The notes: generated from the sequence alone by a model not told the origin. A stretch of 64,000 nucleotides of DNA from an uncultured Chromatiaceae bacterium (GCA_945787785.1 CALZIO010000004.1:31087-95086); one strand, 5' to 3'; positions 20,303-30,047 are shown, counted from the first letter of the stretch. Numbers and translations: made by a program.

Positions 20303-20557
20303 AATTAATTCATATGTAATAGTGATTCATGACCCTTCCCACAAGATAATACTATACCCACACCGGCTGAGATTAGCATAGAAAAGCTGGGGATAAGTAG
20401 GCTCTAGAAGCGTTGTTGTCATGCCACTAGCGAGTGTTCACAAACCCTCTAAGCTCCGTTTAGTAAAGACGGGCCTATTGTTTATATTTTACATATGGCA
20501 ATGCTTGCAGGTTTGCGAGTGGAGCTAATTGCGCTAGTTAAAGATTTACTTTTTCAA

Positions 20558-22720
20558 TTAGCGGATGTGGGCAATAGCCTCAAGAAATACGCTACGCCCT
20601 TCGAGAGGATAGTCATCTGGAATTGCGCCATTACTTGGTTCACGCGCATCCTCATCAAACAGATTATTCACCCTAGCGGCTACTTCCCATTTCTGACTTC
20701 GAGCGTGATAACGCAAAGCCATATCCACTGTTGAGTAGTCATCAATGGCCGGACGGGGATCCGAATCGGCGCGGGCTCGGTCTGCAATCCAATTGAACTG
20801 ACCATAGAGCAGCCATGCCTGAGCAAAATTCCAATTGGCAGCCAAAAATAGCTGCCGCCTTGGCGCGTTGGGTATCACAACACCCGTTTCAGCATCTTCG
20901 GAATACTGTAGCGCATAATTACCTGACAACTCTAAAGCATCACTTGCTTGCCATGTTGCTTCAAATTCAAGCCCCTCGCCATTTTGTTTTCGTGCATTTT
21001 GCGCTAAGCCATTAACGTATTCAATTAGATCATCAATCTGATATGTATAGAGATTAAGTATTAAATGCCAATCGAAGCTGGGGCGATAATCGAACGCCAA
21101 TTCGACCATATCAATTGTTTCAGGCTTCAATGAGCTATTTCCTGTTAGCGATGGGTTATTCTGAAAATAAAGCTCACCGAAACTTGGAGCACGGAATCCT
21201 CGACCGTAGAGCAATTTGCTTGTCAGGTTGTAACGCGTTGCCCAGACCAAGGCTAATCGTGGATTGGTGGTACTGCCGAAATCAGAGTAATTATCATAAC
21301 GAATCCCCGCTGTCAGCTCCCAATCCCGTCCCAAACTCCATTCATCCTGAATTGATAAGTAATAAAGTTCACGCGTCTCATCCGGTAAAAAGATATTTTC
21401 TGTACCCGTCACATCTGTCAACGTGCCATCAATAGGGCTCACTGAACCATCAATCACGCCGGGGCCATAATTCTGAGTAGCACGGGCTTCTAAATCGTCT
21501 CTGTCAAACCCCAAAGCAAGTCGAATACGATGGACATCAAATCCTGTATAGGTTGTGGCTACTTCAAAGCGCCATTCCTCTTGTAAAACACCAGGATTTC
21601 CATGCATGCCATCGGTAAACTCAACAGGACAGACATCGCCTAAAATTGGGTGCGGTGTAGGAGAAGGACAACCCGGGGGCGTTAAAAGATTACCATCGCC
21701 CCCTATCGGTAAAAGGGCACCTGGCGGAAAAAGCCTGAAAGTTGCTTGCTCATCCAACTCTCGATATGAAAGCCGGGAATCTAAACCCCAGCCCTTACCT
21801 ATGTCTTGTTTTGAATAGTCCAAAACAAGACTATAGTGGTCAACCTCCTGTTTTCCAAAAGGGTCGATCGCTTGGGCTGCACCTGGCCCCACCCCCGCAT
21901 CTCTGAGATTCCAACTATTAAACCACAATCTCCAATGCTCTTTACTAACAGTAATAGATGTATTCAACTGTTTGTAACCCGATTCGAGTGGACCTGGAGT
22001 TAATGATGCATTTGTTCCAAACATGGCATCGGCATCAAATGTAGTTTGTAAGTCAGAATTTACAATGCGGTTTCTATCACCATCTGTGCCTGTGTATTCA
22101 ACGCTTAGTGCAATATCCCAGCTACCCAGGTCTCCACCATATTGGCCCCAGATGTCTGTGGTATCGAATGAGCCAACACGGCCACCAACCTCAACACCAT
22201 CAATATCACCTCCCTCTTTAGTGATGATGTTTATGACTCCCGCAAAAGCATCTGCACCAAAGACCGCCGAACCCGGACCACGCATAACCTCAACACGTGC
22301 AATATTGGCGACCGGCATGCGGAATAATGGTGATCGATATCCATTTACAACACTTTTAATCGGCAATCCGTTTATCAGAATTAAGACTTGAGCATTTTCA
22401 CCGGTATGAATACCACGGATAGAAATTAGACTGTTATTACGATTAAAGGATTTTGAGACATGTAGACCAGGAACACTCTCCAACGCTTCATCCAGTGTAC
22501 GAGCACCACTGGCTTTTATATCTGCAGCAGTAATAACAGATGCAACTGAGGGCGCCAAGTGTATTGGCTTGCTAGTCCCGGTCGCGATATTTACGATCTC
22601 TTCATCTTCATACAACAGCAGAAAATCTTCATCCGCAGAATCCATTAAAGGATCAGCTTGAGCGATAGAAAAGTTCAGCGCGGTAGCAACTGAAATTGCT
22701 ATTCTATTCTTGTTAAGCAT
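20558..22720 (-). CDS. TonB-dependent outer-membrane receptor
   Basis: 720 aa. Signal peptide (..SIAQA). Plug-domain motifs (ITAADIKASGARTLDEALESVPGLHV, IRGI, NGLPI, VEVMRGPGSAVFGADAFAGVINIITK) followed by a beta-barrel. GGAG Shine-Dalgarno 6 nt upstream. Confidence 0.9.
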   Translation of the reverse strand: MLNKNRIAISVATALNFSIAQADPLMDSADEDFLLLYEDEEIVNIATGTSKPIHLAPSVASVITAADIKASGARTLDEALESVPGLHVSKSFNRNNSLISIRGIHTGENAQVLILINGLPIKSVVNGYRSPLFRMPVANIARVEVMRGPGSAVFGADAFAGVINIITKEGGDIDGVEVGGRVGSFDTTDIWGQYGGDLGSWDIALSVEYTGTDGDRNRIVNSDLQTTFDADAMFGTNASLTPGPLESGYKQLNTSITVSKEHWRLWFNSWNLRDAGVGPGAAQAIDPFGKQEVDHYSLVLDYSKQDIGKGWGLDSRLSYRELDEQATFRLFPPGALLPIGGDGNLLTPPGCPSPTPHPILGDVCPVEFTDGMHGNPGVLQEEWRFEVATTYTGFDVHRIRLALGFDRDDLEARATQNYGPGVIDGSVSPIDGTLTDVTGTENIFLPDETRELYYLSIQDEWSLGRDWELTAGIRYDNYSDFGSTTNPRLALVWATRYNLTSKLLYGRGFRAPSFGELYFQNNPSLTGNSSLKPETIDMVELAFDYRPSFDWHLILNLYTYQIDDLIEYVNGLAQNARKQNGEGLEFEATWQASDALELSGNYALQYSEDAETGVVIPNAPRRQLFLAANWNFAQAWLLYGQFNWIADRARADSDPRPAIDDYSTVDMALRYHARSQKWEVAARVNNLFDEDAREPSNGAIPDDYPLEGRSVFLEAIAHIR

Positions 22721-22822
22721 CGATTACTCCATCTGCAACATCAATGACTCCCTTCAAATGTTAGCTCAGGATAACATAAGCCCTGAATTTATAAACATTT
22801 TTACTACCCATCAGTATTTTTA

Positions 22823-24700
22823 TTATTGATTAAGTGTATCCACACGCGCGCCGATAGGTGGCACTGATTCCGGGTCAATATAAACATCCAACAAGGTCGG
22901 GCCTTTTGCCTGACAAATTTTATTGATGTCCAACTGATCGAAGTCATGCGGTGAACGAATCGTATATGCCTGTGCCCCCATGCCTCTTACCACGTGGGCA
23001 AAATCGACAGGGGGTAATTCAAAACCCATTGCTTCGGCACCAGCAAGGCGTTGGCCATGCTTAACCATGCCTAAAGCGTGATCATTGAGCACAACAAAAA
23101 TTACAGGTAGCTGTTCAGCGACGGCAACAGTCAATTCCTGACCACTCATTAAAAAGCTACCATCACCAGTGATACAAACAACCGGATTTTTACGCCCACC
23201 CAGCGATGTCCCAATCGCTGCACCAATCGCCCAGGACATGGCACCAAAACCAAAACCTATACGTTGCATGCCAACACTTTCGAGAAACAGATAATGTGTA
23301 ACCCAGGCCCAGGCATTGCCGGCATCCACCACATAACGAGTGTTATCCGGAAAACGTTGAGCCAGCGCTCTCATCAAGCGTTGAGGTTTTATGGGCGTAG
23401 ATTCATTTGTTGTACTGCCAGGATCATTTACACTTAGTTGATGTGGTAGATACTGACTTGTATCAGTAACAGGTTTTATATCTGCCTTCTCTGATAAATT
23501 CGCATGTAGCTTTGTAGATTTCAGAATGTAGTCTTTATGTAAGCAGGCAAAGATACTTCTTATGTCACCTGATAAGTGTAAGCAGGCCATTGGCGAGCGG
23601 GCAAAATCTTCTGGTGATGCTGATATATGAACCAGCTTGTTATTCATCAGTTGCTTGTTCCAGCCGCTAGTTGACAGTTCGCCCATAGAAGTGCCAACCG
23701 CAAGTATTAAATCAACATTCTCATCAGAGAGCGTTTCATGGGCAGTTTGATGGCTGGCAAAGCCAAACACACCTCGATTAAGTGGGTGATAGGCATTCAC
23801 CCAGCTTTTACCTGATGGTGTGGTGACGATAGGGGTATTTGTCATTTCGGCATATGCCATGATGATATCGATGGCGTGTCGGCATCCACCACCTAGAAAC
23901 AGGACATTCTTTTTGGTTTTTCCAATGGCTTCTGCCAGTGTTTGATAGGCATCATCATCCATCGAGCGTGGCTGGCGAAATAGATGCGCCACCTGATAAC
24001 CTGTTGCATCTGCAGATGGGGTCGCATTAAGAATATCCATTGGAATACTGAGATGAACAGGACCACGTGGTCGACGGAAAGCATTCAATAAGGCGGTATA
24101 GAGCTTACCTTCAAGTTGATTCGGGTGTGATACGAGGCTGTTGTATTTGGTGCAATGTTCAAACATGCCGACGATATCAATCGCATCCATGGAAGATTCC
24201 TGCAAACCTTGTTTACCAAAATCAGGGAGCTTGGTTTGCGGTGTAATCACCAACATGGGAACCCGGTCAGCATACGCTGAGGCGACACCAGTAATTAGAT
24301 TGGTCGCACCAGGACCTGTGGTAGCACAACACACGCCGAGACGGCCTGTTTCTCGGGCATAACCGTCGGCCATGAAGGCCGCTCCGGATTCATGACGGGA
24401 TATGATTGGCTTGATATGTGCCTTTCCATCACGCCGCCGCATCGGTGCCAAACTATTAACCGCTAAACACCGAGTTGACATGGCGACGGGCTGACGCAGT
24501 TGACGCGCCAAGGCATTGTAAAGGGGCTCAATCGCGCCACCAGGAACACCAAAAATATATTCCACATCGATTTGAACCAGGTAACTGACAATCAAGTCTG
24601 CATAGGTAAATATTTGCACCGGTAAAGGTTCTGGCGCATACATCTCGACTGCCTGTGTCATAGAACCCATAGAATCACTCATAGTTAGAATCCCACCCAT
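22823..24700 (-). CDS. thiamine-diphosphate-dependent enzyme, acetolactate-synthase-like (COG0028), paralogue 2
   Basis: 625 aa. Collinear with 15521-17389 (YADLIV.YL, GVPGGAIEPL, RHE.GAAFMA.GYARETG.LGVCC, TTGPGATNL, GDG..LMSGQE.TVAV, VLND.ALGMVKHGQRL). The start codon is uncertain (24700 or 24682). Confidence 0.8.
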   Translation of the reverse strand: MGGILTMSDSMGSMTQAVEMYAPEPLPVQIFTYADLIVSYLVQIDVEYIFGVPGGAIEPLYNALARQLRQPVAMSTRCLAVNSLAPMRRRDGKAHIKPIISRHESGAAFMADGYARETGRLGVCCATTGPGATNLITGVASAYADRVPMLVITPQTKLPDFGKQGLQESSMDAIDIVGMFEHCTKYNSLVSHPNQLEGKLYTALLNAFRRPRGPVHLSIPMDILNATPSADATGYQVAHLFRQPRSMDDDAYQTLAEAIGKTKKNVLFLGGGCRHAIDIIMAYAEMTNTPIVTTPSGKSWVNAYHPLNRGVFGFASHQTAHETLSDENVDLILAVGTSMGELSTSGWNKQLMNNKLVHISASPEDFARSPMACLHLSGDIRSIFACLHKDYILKSTKLHANLSEKADIKPVTDTSQYLPHQLSVNDPGSTTNESTPIKPQRLMRALAQRFPDNTRYVVDAGNAWAWVTHYLFLESVGMQRIGFGFGAMSWAIGAAIGTSLGGRKNPVVCITGDGSFLMSGQELTVAVAEQLPVIFVVLNDHALGMVKHGQRLAGAEAMGFELPPVDFAHVVRGMGAQAYTIRSPHDFDQLDINKICQAKGPTLLDVYIDPESVPPIGARVDTLNQ

Positions 24701-25285
24701 TGAGTTGTATCGTACACGCTAGTAATTTATTAACCACAATTAAAATGATCATAAGTAAACGCCAAGTAAATTAATCAATTACTCACATGGACAATTACTA
24801 ATTGAGTGAACGAATTAAAGCAAAAAGTAAGAATCTATCCTTTACGACAGACAACCAGGCTATTGATTGGCGGCTTGAATGGCCACACACTGAATAAATA
24901 TCTACGTTGATTAAATTCACCGCACCATCCTTGTTTCGGTGTAATACTGTTAAATTATTAGTGCAAACCACCCCCTTGGTTTAGACACAGTACAGTGCTT
25001 CCCGGTTTTTATAGCAGAAAAACCCTCATTTGGCTTCTTGCTTTTTTAGCTTATGGGCGCAGATAAAAATATCAGAACTAATTATTTTTCAATAGCGACT
25101 ACATCAATTGAGTACATAAGGGCTTATGTATTGAATTAAAATCCGTCTAAATAATCTCCAATTGGACAAATTACAATTTTTTACTTCAAACTTTTATGGT
25201 CAGTATTTTGTAACACGGTTGTCACTAATTCACTCAATATACATATTGTATATATGAAAAAATCGCAAGATTTTGGCAATAGTAA

Positions 25286-25326
25286 ACAAAAACCCCCGGC
25301 ATACCTTAGGCATGCCGGGGGTTTTA
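25286..25326 (-). terminator. rho-independent terminator of fbp
   Basis: cccccggcat / atgccggggg 10-bp stem. On the minus strand it is followed by TTTTTGTTT. Confidence 0.8.
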
Positions 25327-25346
25327 TAAGGTGCTTTAGAGTCCGT

Positions 25347-26351
25347 TTAATCTTTATGATAAGAAGCAACGACCTCAACTTCATTTTTTGAACCCAGAAT
25401 AACAGGCACACGTTGATGAATGTCTTCCGGTTTAAGTTCCATGATGCGTTCGCGGCCAGTGCTTGAGGCGCCGCCCGCCTGTTCGACAATCATGGACATT
25501 GGGTTTGCTTCATACATTAAACGCAGTTTGCCGGCCTTGCTTGGATCTTTGGTATCTTTTGGATACAAGAAGATGCCACCGCGAGTCAGGATGCGATGTA
25601 CTTCGGCCACCATTGAGGCAACCCAACGCATGTTGAAATTATCACCGCGTGGACCCTCTACACCCGCCATACACTCGTCTACATAGCGTTTCACAGGTGC
25701 TTCCCAGAAGCGCATGTTTGAGGCATTGATGGCAAATTCGCGGGTATCGGCCGGGATAGTCATATTTGGATGACTGAGGATAAATTCACCGATGTCGCGA
25801 TCCAGAGTAAACCCATTAACACCGTTACCCGTGGTCAGCACCAACATGGTAGATGGACCATACAGAGCATATCCGGCACAAACCTGCTCCGTGCCAGGCT
25901 GGAGGAAATCTTCCTTGGTTGGGTCGGTAACACCTTCAGGACATTTCAGGATTGAGAAGATGGTACCAACAGAGATATTGACATCGATGTTGGAAGATCC
26001 ATCCAATGGATCGAAACACATCAGGTATTTACCACGTGGATACTGGGCAGGAATCGGATAGATATCATCTTCTTCTTCAGAGGCCATGGCAGCCAAGTGA
26101 CCGGCCCATTCATTAGACTTGATAAACACTTCGTTAGTGATGATATCCAGTTTCTTCTGGGTTTCGCCTTGAACGTTTTCAGTATCAGCCGTACCCAATA
26201 CACCAATAAGGGCGCCTTTGTTTACTGCATTAGAAATCACCTTACAGGCGCTGACGACATCGTTCAGAAGTGAAGTAAAATCGCCAGTAGCATTTGGCAG
26301 GCGGCGTTGTTCTTCGATAATGAACTGAGTTACAGAAACTCCGTTATGCAT
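25347..26351 (-). CDS. fbp: class 1 fructose-1,6-bisphosphatase
   Basis: 334 aa. Shows [20 protein letters not shown], and [15 protein letters not shown] motifs. Confidence 0.95.
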   Translation of the reverse strand: MHNGVSVTQFIIEEQRRLPNATGDFTSLLNDVVSACKVISNAVNKGALIGVLGTADTENVQGETQKKLDIITNEVFIKSNEWAGHLAAMASEEEDDIYPIPAQYPRGKYLMCFDPLDGSSNIDVNISVGTIFSILKCPEGVTDPTKEDFLQPGTEQVCAGYALYGPSTMLVLTTGNGVNGFTLDRDIGEFILSHPNMTIPADTREFAINASNMRFWEAPVKRYVDECMAGVEGPRGDNFNMRWVASMVAEVHRILTRGGIFLYPKDTKDPSKAGKLRLMYEANPMSMIVEQAGGASSTGRERIMELKPEDIHQRVPVILGSKNEVEVVASYHKD

Positions 26352-26483
26352 AGTCCTATTCCTTATATATGAGTGAGAAACTGGGGTATTCTATTTTTTT
26401 TATATCCGGATATTATCCTGCTTTCGGGCACCAAAATAAAGCCAAAATCGACTAATGAGCAGTCGTGCAGCGACACCTTGTCC

Positions 26484-26520
26484 CCCTCTCCCGTGTACGG
26501 GAGAGGGTCAAGGGTGAGGG
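26484..26520. repeat. GC-rich REP-like palindromic element
   Basis: ccctctcccg-tgta-cgggagaggg perfect 10-bp stem followed by tcaagggtgaggg. It sits in the divergent fbp/rlmI promoter region with no adjacent T-tract. Confidence 0.45.
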
Positions 26521-26620
26521 ATTTAGCTAAATTCTTTATCTTTCCTAGGCCTTAATCCAAGATTTAGACGTAAATGAATGAGCTATAATGCCGCGCACCA
26601 TATCAAGGCCAAATAGATCA

Positions 26621-27817
26621 ATGAGCACCGTCACAGAATTAAGACTGCGTAAAAATGAGGAGCGCCGCCTGCGCGCCGGCCACCTATGGGTGTTCAGTAA
26701 CGAGGTGGATACCAAGCTTACACCGCTGGACCAGTTTGCCCCTGGCGATCTAGTTCAAGTCTCTGATTACAAAGGTAAGTTTATTGGCAATGGCTACATC
26801 AATCCGCATTCTTTAATCAGTGCCAGACTGGTTAGCCGTGATCTTAATTATCAGCTGGATCAGTCGCTACTAACGCATCGCTTTAAAGTGGCATTGAGTC
26901 TGAGAGAGCGGCTTTTTCCGGATCCCTTTTACCGCCTCGTGTTTGGTGAGAGCGATTACCTTCCCGGCCTGGTGGTGGATCGCTTTGGTGATGTCTTGAG
27001 TGTGCAGATCACCACGGCTGGCATGGAGGGATATAAAGAACAAATCATCGCCGCGCTGGACAAAGTAATTCGGCCCAAGACAATCATTTTGCGCAATGAC
27101 ATCTCTGTGCGTGACCTGGAGGGTCTGCCCAGTTATGTTGAAACGGCTTTGGGCGAAGCCCCTGAACACATCCAGATTGTTGAAAATGGCTGCCGTTTTC
27201 AGGCACCGGCCTTGAGTGGACAAAAGACGGGCTGGTTTTATGACCATCGCCTTAATCGTGAACGCGCCAGTCATTATGTGAAGGATCTGCGTGTGCTGGA
27301 CGTGTTCAGTTATATGGGGGCCTGGGGCATTCCAGCCGCGGTAAATGGCGCCAAAGAAGTGTTTTGTATTGATGCCTCTGCCACCGCGCTGGATCAGCTC
27401 GACGCCAATGCCGCCCTGAATAACGTGGCCGATAAAGTCACCACGATAGAGGGCGATGCTTTTGAGGCGCTCAAGGCACTGCGCGAAGATAAACAACGTT
27501 TTGACGTGATCCTGCTCGATCCGCCTGCTTTCATCAAACGGCGCAAAGATGTGAAGCAAGGCCTGGAGGCCTATCGACGTATAAACCAGTTGGCTATGCA
27601 GTTGCTAAGTCGTGATGGGGTGTTAGTATCAGCCTCGTGCTCGTATCATCTGGAACGCAACCGCTTGCAAGAGATACTGCTCAAGACCAGTCGCCATCTG
27701 GACCGAAATCTGGTGCTACTGGAACGAGGCCATCAAGGGCCGGATCATCCGGTGCATCCCGCTATTCCGGAAACTGACTATTTGAAGGCTTTTTTCTGTC
27801 GAGTCACACCCAGTTAA
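26621..27817 (+). CDS. rlmI: 23S rRNA (cytosine-C5) methyltransferase RlmI-like (PUA + class I SAM MTase)
   Basis: The ORF opens at 26588, but that ATG overlaps a TATAAT box (26584-26589). Met 26621 gives the canonical [30 protein letters not shown]-terminus. DPPAF motif present. Confidence 0.85.
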   Translation: MSTVTELRLRKNEERRLRAGHLWVFSNEVDTKLTPLDQFAPGDLVQVSDYKGKFIGNGYINPHSLISARLVSRDLNYQLDQSLLTHRFKVALSLRERLFPDPFYRLVFGESDYLPGLVVDRFGDVLSVQITTAGMEGYKEQIIAALDKVIRPKTIILRNDISVRDLEGLPSYVETALGEAPEHIQIVENGCRFQAPALSGQKTGWFYDHRLNRERASHYVKDLRVLDVFSYMGAWGIPAAVNGAKEVFCIDASATALDQLDANAALNNVADKVTTIEGDAFEALKALREDKQRFDVILLDPPAFIKRRKDVKQGLEAYRRINQLAMQLLSRDGVLVSASCSYHLERNRLQEILLKTSRHLDRNLVLLERGHQGPDHPVHPAIPETDYLKAFFCRVTPS

Positions 27818-27852
27818 CTCTTATTGACACAGCAGTTGATATACTAGCGCCC

Positions 27853-28644
27853 ATGTTGACATTCCCCGACATTAATCCAGTTGCACTCGATCTCGGCCCC
27901 GTGAAAATCCACTGGTACGGCATTATGTACCTGGTGGGATTTGCCGCCGCCTGGTGGTTGGGTCACATGCGCGCCAAGCAACCACACTCACCGTTTAAGC
28001 CGGAACAGATATCCGATCTAATCTTTTATGGTGCCCTGGGGGCGGTGCTGGGTGGGCGCTTGGGTTATATGCTGTTTTATGACCTGGCCAACTACCTGGA
28101 ACATCCGCTGAATGTATTTAAGGTCTGGGAAGGCGGCATGGCTTTTCACGGCGGCCTTATCGGTGTGCTGGTGGCAATGTGGCTCTACAGCCGCAAACTT
28201 AAACTGGGCTTTTTTGTGGTCACCGATTTTCTCGCCCCGCTGGTGCCGATTGGTCTGGGCGCTGGCCGTATGGGTAACTTCATCAACGGCGAACTCTGGG
28301 GTAAGGTCACGGATGTGCCCTGGGGTATGGTGTTTCCTCATGCCGGTGAACTGCCACGTCATCCATCGCAACTCTATCAGGCAACCTTGGAAGGTCTGGC
28401 CCTGTTTTTGATTTTGTGGTTCTACTCTGCTAAACCACGGCCGACCCTGGCGGTTTCAGGTTTGTTTTTAATCTGCTACGGCCTGTTTCGGTTTATCGTC
28501 GAATTCGCCCGCCAACCCGATGCCCATATTGGTTATCTCGCCTTTGGCTGGGTGACCATGGGTCAGGTGTTGTCGCTGCCGATGATTATTGCCGGTATCG
28601 TGTTGATGGTATGGGCCTATAAACGCCAGGCTCAGGCTAGCTGA
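27853..28644 (+). CDS. lgt: prolipoprotein diacylglyceryl transferase
   Basis: 263 aa. Shows [35 protein letters not shown] and HPSQLY motifs. Confidence 0.95.
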   Translation: MLTFPDINPVALDLGPVKIHWYGIMYLVGFAAAWWLGHMRAKQPHSPFKPEQISDLIFYGALGAVLGGRLGYMLFYDLANYLEHPLNVFKVWEGGMAFHGGLIGVLVAMWLYSRKLKLGFFVVTDFLAPLVPIGLGAGRMGNFINGELWGKVTDVPWGMVFPHAGELPRHPSQLYQATLEGLALFLILWFYSAKPRPTLAVSGLFLICYGLFRFIVEFARQPDAHIGYLAFGWVTMGQVLSLPMIIAGIVLMVWAYKRQAQAS

Positions 28645-28649
28645 TCAAT

Positions 28650-29043
28650 ATGTTGCTCGATCATGTGGGTTTGAACGTTACCGATTTGGAACAAAGCATT
28701 CATTTTTATCGTGACTGGTTTGCGCTGGACTTAATAGAAATCTGGGACTCACCCAGGCAAGCCTTTGTCGGCAATGGTGGTGTGGTGTTGGGATTAATGG
28801 AAGTGACCGATTACGATTTTCAATCGCTACACCATGGCCCATCTCGCCTGTGCCATCAGTAAAGAAAGATTTACCCGGGTTGGTGAAAAGGTGAAAAAAG
28901 AAGAGCTGTATATCGTGTCCGGACCCAAACCTCAACGGAGTGGGGAAACAGTTTTATTTCGCGATCCATCAGGTTACATACTCGAAGTTTGTTATCCTTC
29001 AATCACAGAATGGTCCTCCTCTGGAAAACTGGTTGAACCTTGA
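28650..29043 (+). pseudogene. VOC/glyoxalase-family gene split by a +1 frameshift (or a sequencing error)
   Basis: ORFs 28650-28862 and 28834-29043 carry the N- and C-halves of one VOC fold (MLLDHVGLNVTDLEQSIHFY... / ...MAHLACAISKERF...[12 protein letters not shown]). Removing one T from the T4 run at 28817-28820 fuses them into a 130-aa ORF. Confidence 0.7.
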
Positions 29044-29071
29044 ATTAGCCACTAAACGAGCAACAACAAAC

Positions 29072-29905
29072 ATGCAACAATACCTCGATTTAATGCGTCA
29101 TGTATTTGAAAACGGCGATCGAAAACAGGACCGCACCGGTACCGGCACGACCAGTGTATTTGGTTATCAAATGCGGTTTGATTTGAGCCAGGGTTTTCCA
29201 CTAATTACTACCAAAAAGTGTCACCTGCGCTCCATTATTCATGAATTGCTCTGGTTTCTAAAAGGAGAAACCAATACCCGCTATCTTAAAGACAATGGCG
29301 TTAGCATCTGGGATGAGTGGGCCACTGAAGAGGGAGACCTGGGCCCGGTGTATGGCCACCAGTGGCGGTCATGGGCAGCACCCGATGGACGCACGATCGA
29401 TCAGATCAGTGAACTGATCGAACAGATCAAACACAAATCTGATTCGCGGCGCTTGATCGTCAGCGCCTGGAATCCTGCAGACCTGCCAAACGAATCTATC
29501 AGTCCTCAGGCCAATGTGCATGAAGGCCGTATGGCCTTAGCCCCCTGCCATGCCTTTTTCCAGTTTTACGTAGTAGGTGGCAAGCTCTCGTGCCAACTCT
29601 ATCAACGCAGCGCCGATATATTTTTAGGCGTGCCGTTTAATATTGCCTCGTATGCCTTGTTGACCATGATGATTGCCCAGGTCTGTGACCTGGCACCCGG
29701 TGATTTTGTTCATACCTTTGGTGATGCCCATCTCTATCTTAATCACATGGAACAGGCCGACACCCAGCTGGCACGCGAACCTTATCCACTGCCGCAGATG
29801 AATATCAATCCGGACGTAAAGAATATTTTTGAATTTAAGTTAGAAGATTTTGAACTGGTGAATTATCAGTGTCATCCACATATAAAAGCGCCTATAGCCA
29901 TATGA
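29072..29905 (+). CDS. thyA: thymidylate synthase
   Basis: The canonical N-terminus [26 protein letters not shown] begins at ATG 29072; the ORF-track start at 28940 is an upstream extension. Catalytic ALAPCH motif present. Confidence 0.95.
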   Translation: MQQYLDLMRHVFENGDRKQDRTGTGTTSVFGYQMRFDLSQGFPLITTKKCHLRSIIHELLWFLKGETNTRYLKDNGVSIWDEWATEEGDLGPVYGHQWRSWAAPDGRTIDQISELIEQIKHKSDSRRLIVSAWNPADLPNESISPQANVHEGRMALAPCHAFFQFYVVGGKLSCQLYQRSADIFLGVPFNIASYALLTMMIAQVCDLAPGDFVHTFGDAHLYLNHMEQADTQLAREPYPLPQMNINPDVKNIFEFKLEDFELVNYQCHPHIKAPIAI

Positions 29906-29906
29906 G

Positions 29907-30044
29907 TGCCTCTTATAATCCGCTGAAGCTACGCTTGCTGCGTTGCAAACTGACTCAAAATGCTCATTTACTGACTTGTAGACTACGCTTTTTCGCCAGT
30001 TTGCGCCTTGCCATCATCAGCTTGATCGAACTATAAGAGGTACT
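29907..30044. other. structured spacer of about 140 bp with terminal and internal inverted repeats between thyA and folA
   Basis: cctcttata (29909-29917) pairs with tataagagg (30032-30040). gcaaactg (29945-29952) pairs with cagtttgc (29997-30004). Direct repeat ctacgctt occurs twice. Confidence 0.3.
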
Positions 30045-30047
30045 CAA

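Noticed and set aside
15521-24700. Interpreting the two ThDP enzymes as ordinary acetolactate synthase large subunits (ilvB/ilvI/alsS)
   Set aside because: No small-subunit (ilvN/ilvH), ilvC or alsD partner is adjacent. The two copies bracket a TonB-dependent receptor in an AT-rich block, and the ITGQ region is altered. Only the family-level call is kept.
25181-25489. 102-aa minus-strand ORF overlapping the 3' end of fbp and its terminator
   Set aside because: It is out of frame with fbp, runs through the terminator hairpin, and is hydrophobic and low-complexity. It is treated as spurious.
26870-27559. 229-aa ORF antisense to rlmI
   Set aside because: It lies entirely inside, and opposite to, a confidently recognised RlmI gene. 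The translation has no recognisable motif, so it is a typical shadow ORF.
28940-29071. N-terminal 44-codon extension of thyA in the ORF track (start 28940)
   Set aside because: The canonical ThyA N-terminus begins at ATG 29072. The extension overlaps the C-terminal half of the VOC gene in another frame.
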